Assembly (NCBI RefSeq): GCF_001194135.2
Contig: NC_068994.1
Span: 2,568,930-2,632,929, forward strand
From: Octopus bimaculoides
Taxonomy: Eukaryota
Length of the DNA stretch: 64,000 nt
Direction of reading: 5' to 3'
The notes below the pieces were generated by a model that was given only the letters and a program-made list of their open reading frames with translations, was not told where the DNA came from and did not search any database. Each line of letters starts with the position of its first letter. Position 1 is the first letter of the stretch. The translations under genes and the position numbers were made by a program. This document shows positions 12,940 to 26,599 of this stretch, one piece after another.

Positions 12940-13341
12940 GTGAGTATGTTCCTGCTATTTCTGACACCTAAATCAGACTATCTGAAAATCTAAGAAATAA
13001 AAAAAAAAAAATAAATAAATAAGAAAAATAGCCAGAGAATTAGATTTATTAGTTAGATAGAAAGCTGTAACATTCTGAAGAATTTTGCCAAACATATCTA
13101 GTAGTAAATAATTTTCTCATATTCCTTGGAAAATTTCATATATTCTGCGAAAAATATATTGATAATAAATTAGATTTAGTTTCTGTTGAAGAATTTGTTC
13201 TTTTATCAGGTTAAACAAGTTGGAAGATGTTCTTAATGAAAAAAGCTGTGCTATTGCTGGGACCATATATCTAATATATCAGTAGTACTGCACCAGCAGG
13301 AAAATAACTCTGTTGGATATTTTTAGACATTTTCCTCTTCT

Positions 13342-13423
13342 ATTTCTTGCTTGGAAGGTTTATTGATCAGCTGTAATGTCTCCTTCTAATGCTTAGCCTC
13401 AGGCCTTATACAAGTGAGAAACT
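13342..13423. promoter_or_regulatory. 82-bp conserved non-coding element, copy 1 (regulatory element or structured ncRNA)
   Basis: Identical to 44285-44366; both lie 330-400 nt downstream of the leader-exon donor. Confidence 0.6.
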
Positions 13424-15505
13424 GTACACAAAGAATTGTTTCTTGCGTTAGTTGTTGGCCTTTAATTCCTTGGTGGGGCATGGAGAGCCAGCAATTTTGC
13501 ATAAATAGGGGAAAAAGAAAAACAACATTATCACATTTAAAGTCATTTCTTTATTGTTATTACTCAGCTCAATGACCCTGCTCTGCTGGCCAGACGGTCA
13601 TGTCAGCCTTCTGCATATTCTACCAATAATAACGTGGTTAATGCCCTTAGCAGATCTCTGCTTCTTCCACCTATCACTTCCTCTTTTCACTACCCTCCCT
13701 TCCCCCACCGCACCAACTCCCTTCCCTCACCGACCACTGTTAAGCTGCTTCAATTTACACTCTACAATGGAGATGAGCAGAAATTCACTCCCATACAGCT
13801 TACCTCAATTTATTCTTTGTTATTTCATTTCAATTGAAGCAGGCAGATTTCTTATTCCTATAGAAACATTGCGGATATACCTACACACAGACATGTATAC
13901 ATAAATATGCCTCTTTACGTGTGTGTGTATATGTGCATGTATGTAAAGCCATATTTATGTATGTATGTATATATATGTTTGTGTGTGTTTATATATGTGT
14001 GTGCTTGTACTGAAATAATGCATGCATATAGACACATATACACACATACACAAACATTCACCTATGCACAAACCAACTTATGTTCAAAAATACACATGCA
14101 GAAGTTCCTTCCTACATGAACACACACACACACACAGGAGAGAAAATATACATAACTTTTCAGATCTGTTTATGTAGAATGTATGAATATTTCTTTAACA
14201 CATACGAGAAATAAGTATTGGATATATTGTTTTCATGATGCTTGTATATAGATATACATGTGTAAATGCATACAAACATTCACACCTGCATACAACATAA
14301 GCATATACTCACACACACACACACACACACACAAAGGTTTATGCAATTTTAAGTGGATATTTATGCAAGGACATATACAGAAACATAGCTTTAATATATA
14401 AGAGAGTGTGTGTTATATATCAGTCGTACTTTTTTCTGAAATTATTTTTCTTCCTAAATGCATCCAACCTTCAGATATTCAGTGTATAAAAATAGAACAT
14501 GGTGTTTTACCTCTACCCACCCATGCTCTCTAACTTTAATTTAATTTCTAATTAGCTAGCAGCTTCTTTGTTTTCCACCCTCTTTATTATTTCAATTACA
14601 CATCCTTTTGTTCTGCTCCACAAGGTTGCAGTTGTTCAATGTTTTCAGCTTGACCTACCTGTTAAGTGTTGTGAACAGCAGCAGCTATAGCAGGTACTTT
14701 CCGGAGAACATGCTTTCTTCATCAGTTTCAGGTGAACGGGGGTGGGGAGGGATAAAATAATTCTCGATTCGAACGAACAATCAAATGGAACTGGTCTTGG
14801 GAGGAGAGTCTGAACTAGTTTCTCCAGGGATTGGTTCCTATCACACTAGACAAATGTTTACTTCTCTAACTCAGAATGAAGGTCTTTCCTCTGTGTGTGT
14901 GTGTGTGTGAAGTACAGGTGTTTTGGAAGAATTGAATATCTAGAGATTTTCCCAAAATGATGAGACTGGTGGAGATTTTAACATGTTATTTAATGTGTGT
15001 TAGTTTGGTCCTTTCTAAGTAGTTTGGATGATCTTCAAGAATCATATAATACAGACAACAGCACACGACTGAAAACATTAAGTTATGAGGGTTATATATC
15101 ACTGACAACACGGACTATGGTACTGATAAACAATGATATGGTACTGATAAACAATGATATGGTACTGATAAACAACACTATACGAGTTGCGGTCTGTGGC
15201 TACTATTCAGATCTGTTGATCATTTATCACTGACAACACTGTAGTACAGCCAGTCAACACTATGGTACTGATAGTCAATACTAGGGCACTGAAAGATAAC
15301 ACTATAATACTGATAGACAATACTATAGTACTGACAGATAGCACTATAATATTGACTGACAACATTATAGTACTGATAGACAACACTATAATACTGACAG
15401 ACAGCATTATTGTACTGACAGACAACACTGTAGCATTGACAGACAACACTATAATACTGATAGACAACACTGTAGTACTGACAGACAGCACTACTGACAG
15501 ACAAT

Positions 15506-15841
15506 GAGCGTTAGGCCTCACAGGGGCAAAGTGGCTGAGTTTCTTTTGAGTGTTGGGCCTCATGGAGGTAATTACCAACACATTTTGCATTATGTCGTGC
15601 TTGAGAAGAAGACCCCTCAAGCTGAGCAAAATTGCAGTCATGGCAGATACTGGTGTTATGCAAATGGCACATAAAAGCACTCATTATACTTTTGGAGTGG
15701 TTGGCATTAGGAAGGGCATCCAGCCATAGAAAGCCATGCCAAATCAGACTGGAGTCTGATGCAGTCTTCCAGCTTACTGGCCCCAGTCAAACCATCCAAC
15801 CCAAGCCAGCATGGACAACGGACATTAAATGATGATGATGA
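15506..15841 (+). mobile_element. 5'-truncated RTE-type element with (GAT)n tail and 11-bp TSD
   Basis: TSD tgacagacaat at 15495-15505 and 15842-15852; ends ...ggacattaaatgatgatgatga. Confidence 0.8.
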
Positions 15842-15876
15842 TGACAGACAATCCTATTATACTGACAGACAATATT

Positions 15877-16091
15877 CTTTTCTACTCTAGGTACAAGGCC
15901 CAAAATTTTCTGGGGAGGGGACCAGTCGATTAGATCAACCCCAGTACACAACTGGTACTTAATTTATCAACTCCAAAAATGATGAAAGGCAAAGTCAACC
16001 TCGGCAGAATTTGAACTCAGAACATAAAGACAGATGAAATACCGCCAAGTATTTCGCCTGGCATGCTAACATTTCTACCAGCTCGCCGCTT
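15877..16091 (-). mobile_element. tRNA-derived SINE
   Basis: gatgaaaggcaaagtcaacctcggcagaatttgaactcagaac core (B-box-like gttcaaat on the - strand); same family at 21010, 40025, 47200 and 54140. Confidence 0.8.
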
Positions 16092-19000
16092 TACTAACAG
16101 AGAATATTATGGTACTGAAAGACTCTAGTAGTGATATAGATAAAACTATAATACTGACAGACAACACTATGGTACTAGCAGACAAGGCTATAATACTGAA
16201 AACTTTCTCTAACAGGCAAGCACCTAATCTCGTTGTTAAAATGAGTTGAGAGAATGATGAGATTACAATCTAATTTGCAAAGTACCATGTAAACAACTTT
16301 GTTTCTGCATCAAATTGAAGCTCCTTCTCTGTGTCTGAACTAGTTCCATGTGTTCAGATTCAGGGATATATTAAGCAAACAATATTTGACAATATCATTT
16401 GATATGTTGATTCAACAATAATGTCTTACGATTTGGCGTCTGTGGTTACTTTTCAGATCTGTTGATCATTTACATTGCTTCCATTATGTATGAGGCCAAA
16501 AACTCCAAACTAAATCTGTTTGATTCACGATCTTGCAAATATTTAGAACCAAGACATTCATATTCTATAAATGAATTAATAAATTTTAATGATTTATTAA
16601 CATTGGAAGAATTCTAGATGTGATATAATTTAATGTCCTTGCTATAGTATTTACCATCAAGCCATTACTATAAAGCTGGCAACTGGTACAAAACTGTCCA
16701 TTATGGCTTCTCTCAGTTAAGTATAGTTGTCCAAGTTGAAGCAATGAAATGGTATCGTTGGCACCAGCTGCTGGAATTATTGGAAAACAGCCATGTTGAA
16801 TAACTTCAAAATGCTTGAGGGTACCAATGGATTTTCTCTCAAACTTTACCCATACTTTGCTCTCTAGAAGTAATAAATCGGTGATGGAAGCTGGCATTTG
16901 ACATCCACCTTTTACACTAGTTTCTAATATATGAAATAATAATCTAAAAATAGTAAATATGATATAGCATCATTTTCTATGTTCTTATAGCTGACTCTAT
17001 CAATTGGTTATATAACTATTGTTCCTATCTGTTTAGGAGCTATGTCCTAATATATAGTATTATATTAATATCTTGGTCAATCATGTCATACCTCATGAAC
17101 AAGATAAGCTTTGCTTAGTATATAGAAAGAATATTTGCTCTCTTCAAATTATGGATTTTTATTTAATGAATTATTCAGTTAGCCTGAACTTTTGAAATAT
17201 ATGCCTAGATGTTTTGATATGTACAGTGTTGTGACCGTATATAAGGCACAAAATTCTATTTATATTAGTCTGCCTTATTAAATAATGATGTTACCTAATT
17301 TATTATAAACTATAATAGTACATTATTGCATTCAATAGTTTAGGACCACTCTCTATATCAATTCCTATCTAACCCATTGCCATGGCACTTTCAGGAAAGT
17401 AGTACCTTGTCTAAATAGCAGAGTATTAAATTCACCTCCATGAATCTTCTCAGCAATTGTTTATATACATTTCAGAGAAGAAATGTTGATCTTTCCACTT
17501 ACAAATACTAATTTTGTAAAATAACAGTTGAACATTTAATTTTTGTTTGAGTTTCATATCTTTCATTTCTTTAAAATACTCAACATATAATATGGCTTGT
17601 TGTATGAAGAACAACTTGTTAAACACCATTATGCATTTTTATTTAGCCATTTGTGTATCATAATTAATGCAGAGACACTATGAAAGGCAAATTAAGTGTG
17701 GTAGTCATCCCTTATGAATACATTGTGTTTCAAGCCACAAAACTTTGTCAGTAGCAAATGAAAACTGTCCAGTAGTGAAAGTGCTTAGGTATACACTACT
17801 GCTTGATTGGGCTTTGCCAGTAGCTTGAACCCATTACTAGCTACATGTAAAGTCAAAATATGTCACTGCTGATATAGGAAAACAGCAATTGAAAACAATC
17901 ACTGGTGTTGTGATTAGTTGCCTGGCTGAATGAAAATTCATTATATATCACAGGAGCAGTATTAGAATAAAATAGCCATCACTGTTTCTGCATTAAGTAT
18001 GATACACAGATACAATTTTTAATTCAATACTGCTTCTGTTGCATAATAGGATTTTTTAGTTTTATTTATTTTATATCACAATTTATAAACAATAGCATTG
18101 TGGGTGGGGAGGACAGGTTCCCAGTTGGTTGACCATTGGTTTATTGCATTTCCCATGGTGAGAGAATTTCATTCACAAACACTAGTTTATTATCAGTGTT
18201 TACCACTTTTGGTAAAATATATAAACATAAACCATCTGCATCATTTTATATCTGCTTGTCATGAGTTGGATGGGTTGCTATGGTTCAGGTCAGTGCTTAT
18301 CCAAAGTTACTGCCCTTCTAAACAGGCCCGAGGACCACATCTTGCTTGTACTCTCTGTTTTTGACTTGATGCTTTAACTAAATGCTCTTCCTAACATGAA
18401 CCATTTTCCAAGAGTATACTGGGTATATGTTTTTGTGGCACCAGCACTAGAGAAAGTTTACATGTCCGTGACAAGACTATGGTACCTTCTTAAAGCAATG
18501 CTGTCTCCATTCATTTGCTAATCACTTTATAGAATGTTTTCAATGCATTTTATCATGGCACCAGCACTAGTGAAGTTACCTTGTGCCTCACAGGACAACA
18601 GAGTCCTCACTACTTTATGATATCTATGTTAATTCCAGGAAAGGTGAACAAGAGATCGAATAAGAGAGACTGATACCAGGAGAACCAGAGTGAGGGAGTG
18701 GAAGAAGAAAGAGCATGATGGGAAAAACAGAAAGAACAGATTGAGAGGAGAGAGTGATGGCAGCTACATGTTTGCTGGTAAGAGAGAGAGAGAGAGAGAC
18801 GCACACACATACACACACACACACACACACACAGATAGACAGTGGGCAATGGTATGAATATGTGAATAATGAATAACCCGGGAGTAAAGGAATGATGGCA
18901 GGTTGTAGAGAAGGGTGATGGTAAGGTGCATTGGATAGAGACCGATTTGATGCAATTCCTCAACATACAAGAGATAGAATAATAAATGTGGTGGTGGTGA

Positions 19001-19199
19001 GGAAGAGACTGAATACAGACAGATCCATTGCCATCCTTCATAACACAGACAGTATGGTATATAGGGAATAGAAGGTGAGTGGTGACAAATGAAAGGGTCA
19101 AACAGGAGGTGGGGGAAGTAGATGGAGATTTAGCAGTGACATAATAAGGGAGAGGTAGAACCCAAAGATAAATGTATATCATCATACATCCAGCACTCC

Positions 19200-19720
19200 A
19201 TCTCCACCTCCATTTTCATGTCTGTTTCACCATGCTTGCATAAATGAAGGGTTTTCTCCAGCACTACATGTTCCCAAATATTTCCTTTATGGAGCTCAAT
19301 ATTTTGAGATCAACCTGCATCACATCACCTCGTCTTCCAGGGTTTCCTTCTGCCATAGGTTTTTAGTTACTTTGAGTGCTCAGCTTGATAAAGCTTTCCA
19401 ATTCCCCTTATATTCAAGGTTCTTTCTCAGTCCATTTATTCATGCACATTAACATTACACATTCAGTAAAGCACACCCACTTCATTCCTTTTTAGCTTTC
19501 ATAAACTCTTTCCATTCAATGCCCATGTCTTGTTACTACACAGCATCATGCAATCTGCCCTTCACTCTGAAAGGGAAACCCTTTGCTGTTAGTAAAGGAA
19601 CTAGCTTCCAGAACTTCTTCTTTGCTTTAGATACTTTGGCTACTATACTTTCCAAACAACCACCACCACTACTATTTAGGTCTTCTAGATAACATAAGCT
19701 ATCAACAAGCATTTGAAAGA
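19200..19720 (-). mobile_element. RTE LINE 3' fragment (ORF C-terminus plus 3' UTR)
   Basis: ORF 19536-19733 ..KKFWKLVPLLTAKGFPFRVKGRLHDAV is homologous to GWAKFRELLPLLVRKGLSLRMK at about 56935. Confidence 0.75.
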
Positions 19721-21009
19721 ATTCATTTAACATGTTCTTTTATTACTAACTACATCTACCACATATGAAGCAACATCTCACTTTGTACACAAATGTTATC
19801 CAATCTACCCTTCACTCTGTGAAATATTACTGGAGAGATTGTCCACCTGAATGCTACAATTAAATTTATCATAAGATTTATCAGCTTTATTTTAGAGGAC
19901 CCTCACTTTTAAATAGTTTGCTTTCATTATATTTCTAGGAACTACCATCTTCTATTATGTAGTATAGAGTTAAGAAATGATGATAATAGTGAGAAAAATA
20001 AGTGATGTTATGTAGAATTGAAAGCTGTGACTTTATCCATTAGCAAACCTTTGCTAATGGATAAAATTGAAGAGGAAGAAAATTCACTTATGAGAACTAG
20101 GATCTTTAACTTATAAAAGAATAGCAAACATAGCTTATGTCAAGCCTGACTTCTAAAAAAATTTGGTTCTTTTATGGACTTGAACAGGTATGGTGATGAT
20201 TGTAGAGTGGATTAGTAAATATCATATTGGTGTAAGTTGTATCATGTCAATGGAAAAGGTATAAAAAGAAAAAAAAAAAAGATCTCATATTTTCAATTTT
20301 TTACCATTAGTTTAACATTTAGTGATAGTAGGAGTGAAACAGAGAGCAATGTTGTAGTTGTTCAAGTCCAAATTAGGTAGGATACAAAATGATGATGGAG
20401 AAGTATTACTATCTTTTATTTGATGTGAAAGAGATTCTGTCTTTGCATAATTGTCAGATTTCTTAATATATCAGCAGAAGAATGTTTTAAAGGATAGTAA
20501 AAACAGAGGGGCTACAATATCAGGAGACAACCATTTGAATCTAATTTATTGAGTGTTGCATATGAAGCCAATTGACAGACTGTGTACAAGTTTAGAAACT
20601 TCCTGAATGTTACAGATATTAGTGTACAAAACAATTGATTTGGTATCAATAGATATTGTTAACGGCTAATATTGGGTGCAGAGCAACAACAGCCTTAAGT
20701 GACCATCCAGTGAAGTAACTTACATAACATTTAAATTGTTTTCTCAAGAGTAATGTATTGAGAAATTATTAACTGTCTAGTGACAATGTGAAAAGAAACT
20801 ATTTAGGTACAGTTATCTTCTACACATACAATCTTCAACTGTCAAATATATTTACTTTGAACAATTCACACAACATTTCTATAGTTACAATTGTCACAAG
20901 TTAATAATGTCTTCATCACTAACATTGTCCTCTATTATAAGCATTATTACAGCCTTAATCACCATCATTACTATCTCCATCAACATTATTACATTGATAT
21001 GTTAATAAT

Positions 21010-21241
21010 CCTTTCTGCTATAGGCACAAGGCCTGAAATTGTTTTGTGTGTGTGTGTGTGTAGGGGGGGGGGCAGTCGATTAGATCGACCCCAGTATGCA
21101 ACTGATACTTAATTTATCAACCCTGAAAGGATGAAAGGCAAAGTCGACCTTGGTGGAATTTGAACTCAGAACACAAAGACAGATGAAATACTGCTAAGCA
21201 TTTCGCCTGGCATGCTAACGATTCTGCCAGCTCACCTCCTT
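21010..21241 (-). mobile_element. tRNA-derived SINE with 17-bp TSD
   Basis: TSD attgatatgttaataat at 20993-21009 and 21242-21258; same core as the 15877 copy. Confidence 0.85.
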
Positions 21242-22581
21242 ATTGATATGTTAATAATGTCTTAATTACCATCATCATCACCACCATCAATATTATTAGA
21301 ATCACTAGTTAATGATGTCTTAATCACTGCTATTGCTCCCACCTTTATTGTTGTCATACAATTTCTACTAATTTTTCTCTTTTACTTCCTTTATCAACAT
21401 ATAATAATTATCATCATCATCATCATCATCATCATCATTTGTATTTAGACAGGTGGTGAATTGACAGAGTCATCAGAGTGTAACACAAAATATCTCATAG
21501 TATTTGTTCCAGTTCTCTGCAATCTAAGTTCAAATCTAGCTGATGTCAGTCTTGGCTTTCCTTCTGTCAGCTTGGTGACTTGATAGAATTGTTAGAGTTC
21601 CAGACTCAGATACTTTGTGGAATTTGTTCTGCCTGTTTGCATTCTGTTGCCCAGTTAAACACCACCACCAGCTGGTCCTTGGGGGGGGGCTTTAATGATG
21701 GAGTTCACTCTGTTGCACACATTCAGGTCAGGTCGGTGGCTGGAAGTTGATTTCCCCCCCCCCCTCTGTCTCTCTCCAGTCCCCTGGGCTCTGCAAAAAT
21801 AGGTTCATGAGTGCTGCCATTCATTTCCTGACTAAATGGTAAAAATATCACTCCACCCCATTCCCTGCATCACCTTTTCCTGAGATGGGATTTTGCAGTG
21901 TACTCTCTCTTTCTTTTTTCTTATGCTCAGAATTACTCATTAAAGCTAATGAATTATTTCGCCTCTCTGTTGGGTTTAATTTTAATTAGGCATCTCATTT
22001 GGATCCTTTTATTAAATATATCAACCCGCCTTTAACTATATTATTTACTGCTATCATTTCACGACCATCATCATCATCATCATCATCGTCGTCGTCGTCA
22101 ACACTATGCTGTCAATGCTTTATATCATCAACTGCTCCAATAAAATATATTTGTCTAATTAAGAGTTATCTACCCTTTATCAGTGTTTGTGCAAATTTTA
22201 TCTTTAACTATGAAACGACATTTTGTTTCTACTCTTGAAGAGGCAAACACATCAGATGTGATCAAATATTTTAAGATTAACTCCTCAGTATGTTACTGGT
22301 ATCTAGAGCATTAGCACCACAATAATGAAAAATGATGTTAACTCTATGGAATTGGTTTAAATCTGTCTCTACCTCCTTTGCTACATTACTGTTGATTTTA
22401 ATTCTTTGATTCCTTGGTTTGTGGTCATGCTGGAGCCCCGTCTACATGGGCTTTAGTTAATTATATTGACCCCTACTAGTATTTATTTCAATCTGGCATC
22501 ATTTCTCAATTCACTAAGTTATTCTCTGATATAAAGGGACTCAATACTGTTTGTACTTGCAATCACACACACACACACACA

Positions 22582-22660
<79 letters not shown>

Positions 22661-23989
22661 ATAGATTTCCACACAGCTTCCATTTAAGAAATTTGATTCA
22701 AAATGCATTCTCAGCCTGAGACTACAGTAGAAAAAACTTGCTCAAGGTGTTGCACAGTGAGATTGAACCCAGAAACACCATATGATTGCAAAACTTCTTA
22801 ACCATCTCTGTTATGGCTGCACTTAATGGGAAACATTTACACTTTATCACAGATTTTTAAGTAATATCCATTAACCAATCCTCTCTTACTAATCTACTTA
22901 ATGGTACCTATTTACCCACTTTTTGCCTCTCCCTGATAAATCTTAATGATTAACCTACAGCAATCCCTCCATTATCATTGTTTGTATCCATTTTCTCCAT
23001 AATAGCATGGGTTTGATAATTCTACATATATGAATTACTGCATGGTTTACAGAAGCAAAAACTATTCTATTATTAAGAAAGATTAGTTATATTTGATCAA
23101 TATAAACCTCACACAAGTGACACACTAAAACTCTGAAATTGAGTAAGTACTCATCAATATCCAAACTTCATCTGTAATGTTGATTATCTGAAGATTACAT
23201 AAATATATTTGAGCATTTTCAGTGCTGTAATACTGTGAAGGCGCATGGCTCAGTGGTTAGAGCATTGAGCTTACAATTCTAAAGGCACAGGACCTAACAT
23301 TTGGTGTGAGGGGAGTAGTTGATTACATCGACCCCCAGTGTAATAGGTGGTAGTGTGTATCTATGTGCGAGGTAGAGCAGTTGGCTGAACTAACCAAATC
23401 ATGCATGGCTGGATAACAGTTCTGCCAAAGGGAAATAGTGCTCCTACAGTATCAAAACCCCTCCAGGTCAAATTTAGGAGTCTCATATTTTGCTAACTGT
23501 AGTGGCCCTCATAGAATAAAAGTAAACCCTTAGCAAGACATTGGTCATCCTTTCATATATTCATACCCTTAATGCTGTTGAGAAAGGCATGAATGAGACT
23601 AATTCACAATCTTTCCTATAAATCTGAACTTTATTCTTATGTCAGCCAAATCTTCCCCATAGCACACCTCACCGAAAGAAAGGGCACTTTGAGTAATGCT
23701 TTATTTCTTGCCTGGAAGAAAGAAGTTTACTCAATAAGGGCTAATCTACAGCTAAATTATGACAACAATAATAAAAAATTACATACCTGCCCTTCGAATT
23801 TGTTATTCACAGTTTAGAATCTCTCAGCAACCATGGGAGATAACCAGTGTTTTCCTACCATTTTCATCATGAGAGTTAATTTGGTGGGGAAAAACGTCTT
23901 TTCTTCTCATCAATTATCTTCAAACATCATAGTGTTGCCTGTTGGCTAAAATGTTCATTCTTTTGCAGTAGCTTTGATAGATTGCATCC

Positions 23990-24034
23990 AACAGAGAGAA
24001 ATAGAGAGGGTGAGAAAGAGAAAGAGAGAGAGAG

Positions 24035-24081
<47 letters not shown>

Positions 24082-24236
24082 ACCTGCTTGCACACAAGTG
24101 TCTGTGCTTGTGTGTTTGCACATGTATGTGTGCGCATGTGTATGTGTGCACATACGTATATGTGTGTGTGCACACATGTATATATGAGCATGTGTGTGTT
24201 TATGTGTGTGTGTGCAAGTGTATGTGTGCAAATATG

Positions 24237-24270
<34 letters not shown>
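23990..24270. repeat. (GA)n-(GT)n compound microsatellite
   Basis: Direct reading; source of the HTHT/CVCV ORFs. Confidence 0.95.
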
Positions 24271-24271
<1 letters not shown>

Positions 24272-25192
24272 TTAAAATAAAAAGCTACAGTACATGTCAC
24301 TGGAAAAATATTGTGAATTTCATTATGGAACTTATTTATATTAATATAAAAATATTCTTTCGTTCAGTTCAGTAATAGGAATTTTAATAAATCCATTTTT
24401 TTTTCTCCAGTTATAACTTACATATATAAATGTCAAGTAGAGCAATAGATTCTTTTTCATTTAATCTACTTCTGGTTCATCTTTGTTATATTTTAATTTA
24501 TGGGAATAATATTTCAATTTTTCTCTTCAGTACATTTTTAATATTCCTATTCTGCTATATTTCATGCACATCATTTAAAACTTTTTTAAAAGACATTTGC
24601 TGGCTGCATTTTTAGATTTTATAATACCCTAAGCTCTGGTTATGATCATCATCGTCATTGTCATCACCACCACCACCACCACCACCACCACCTCACTACC
24701 TTCGTAATCACAACAAAAGTTGCATTCTTAACAATATGTTTCTAACTGTAAATACACAAATAATAGTTCAAATTTTATGTATTTGAATGGTCAGGAATCA
24801 GACAGTGCATCGAGATCTCCCACTCTAGGATGCTTTCAGTCTTGTGTGAGTTCATTTGTTGATGTTTGTTGACTCAGTACTTCTCTCAATCAGCATCCTG
24901 ACTATTGCCTACTTTTGATATGCACTCCTCATTCCTTTGCTTAATACCCAACAGATATGTATACGAGTCAAGTGTGGTTGTAGAAAACATGAATCAGTGG
25001 GGGCATGTTCGAGTTCAGTTGGAACAATGATTGGCAGATGCATTCACTTGTTCATTATCTATATCAACACACACACACATTAAATATATACAGATATATT
25101 ATATGTACTAGCAGAAACACCATCCTCCAAGTAGTTTTCTGCTAGTATATATCTTTGTTTGTATAAAACTATTGCATAACTGCCTGTATGTG

Positions 25193-25236
<44 letters not shown>

Positions 25237-25237
<1 letters not shown>

Positions 25238-26360
25238 TCATCATCATCATCATCATCGTTTAACGTCCGCTTTCCATGCTAGCATGGGTTGGACGATTTG
25301 ACTGAGGACTGGTGAAACCGGATGGCAACACCAGGCTCCAATCTAATTTGGCAGAGTTTCTACAGCTGGATGCCCTTCCTAACGCCAACCACTCAGAGAG
25401 TGTAGTGGGTGCTTTTACGTGTCACTCGCACGAAAACGGCCACGCTCGAAATGGTGTCTTTTATGTNNNNNNNNNNNNNNNNNNNNNNNNNNNNNNNNNN
25501 NNNNNNNNNNNNNNNNNNNNNNNNNNNNNNNNNNNNNNNNNNNNNNNNNNNNNNNNNNNNNNNNNNNNNNNNNNNNNNNNNNNNNNNNNNNNNNNNNNNN
25601 NNNNNNNNNNNNNNNNNNNNNNNNNNNNNNNNNNNNNNNNNNNNNNNNNNNNNNNNNNNNNNNNNNNNNNNNNNNNNNNNNNNNNNNNNNNNNNNNNNNN
25701 NNNNNNNNNNNNNNNNNNNNNNNNNNNNNNNNNNNNNNNNNNNNNNNNNNNNNNNNNNNNNNNNNNNNNNNNNNNNNNNNNNNNNNNNNNNNNNNNNNNN
25801 NNNNNNNNNNNNNNNNNNNNNNNNNNNNNNNNNNNNNNNNNNNNNNNNNNNNNNNNNNNNNNNNNNNNNNNNNNNNNNNNNNNNNNNNNNNNNNNNNNNN
25901 NNNNNNNNNNNNNNNNNNNNNNNNNNNNNNNNNNNNNNNNNNNNNNNNNNNNNNNNNNNNNNNNNNNNNNNNNNNNNNNNNNNNNNNNNNNNNNNNNNNN
26001 NNNNNNNNNNNNNNNNNNNNNNNNNNNNNNNNNNNNNNNNNNNNNNNNNNNNNNNNNNNNNNNNNNNNNNNNNNNNNNNNNNNNNNNCAACGGAGCATAC
26101 TGGCTTCATTCCTTGCGAGCTTACGTATGTCCTCAGCAGTTACAGCTCATGTTTCACTGCCATGTAGCATGGCTGTTCGTACGCATGCGTCATACAGTCT
26201 GCCTTTTACTCTGAGTGAGAGTCCCTTTGTCGCCAGCAGGAGTAAGAGCTCTCTAAACTTTGCCCAGGCTATTCTTATTCTAGCAGCTACACTTTCAGCG
26301 CACCCACCACCACTACTAACTTGGTCGCCCAGATAGCGGAAGCTATCGACTACCTCTAGT
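25237..26360 (-). mobile_element. 5'-truncated, relatively young RTE LINE spanning an assembly gap
   Basis: (CAT)n tail and 3' UTR left of the gap; right of the gap, the - strand encodes ..WAKFRELLLLLATKGLSLRVKGRLYDACVRTAMLHGSET. Confidence 0.8.
25467..26087. other. Assembly gap (621 N)
   Basis: Run of N. Confidence 1.
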
Positions 26361-26599
26361 TTTTCACCCTGGAATGAGATAGAAGTTGTTTCCTGTTTGT
26401 TTACAGTCTTTATTGCACCTGATATATAAATTTAGGTGTGTTTCAGTCAAACACTGACCCAGGCCATATCTAACTGAATAGCACCACCTGATAGAATGTG
26501 ATGAGCCATTTCAAGTTAAGCTTTGTGGTAACATGCTCCATTCAAGAAGGGAGTTGTTGACTAAGATGTATCCAGGAACAGCTGACTTGTGTGGTATCA

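Larger units (their letters stand above)
15090..16200. repeat. 21-bp minisatellite (actgacagacaacactat[a/g][g/a]t) interrupted by two retroelement insertions
   Basis: 7-aa periodicity in ORFs 15207-15680 and 15262-15507; units resume at 15843-15876 and 16092-16200. Confidence 0.9.

Noticed and set aside
14649-14693. Possible micro-exon (ttttcag|...cag|gtactt) in gene A's leader intron
   Set aside because: Splice-like signals only; no counterpart found in gene B's intron.
15090-15505. CRISPR-like regular repeat
   Set aside because: Units are contiguous with no unique spacers and no cas genes; eukaryotic minisatellite.
21560-21950. GC-richer intronic patch with G9 and C11 runs
   Set aside because: No ORF, no paralogous counterpart and no structure beyond the homopolymers.
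25312-26336. 200-300 aa ORFs, also 28965-29225
   Set aside because: Artefacts of N runs being read as open codons.
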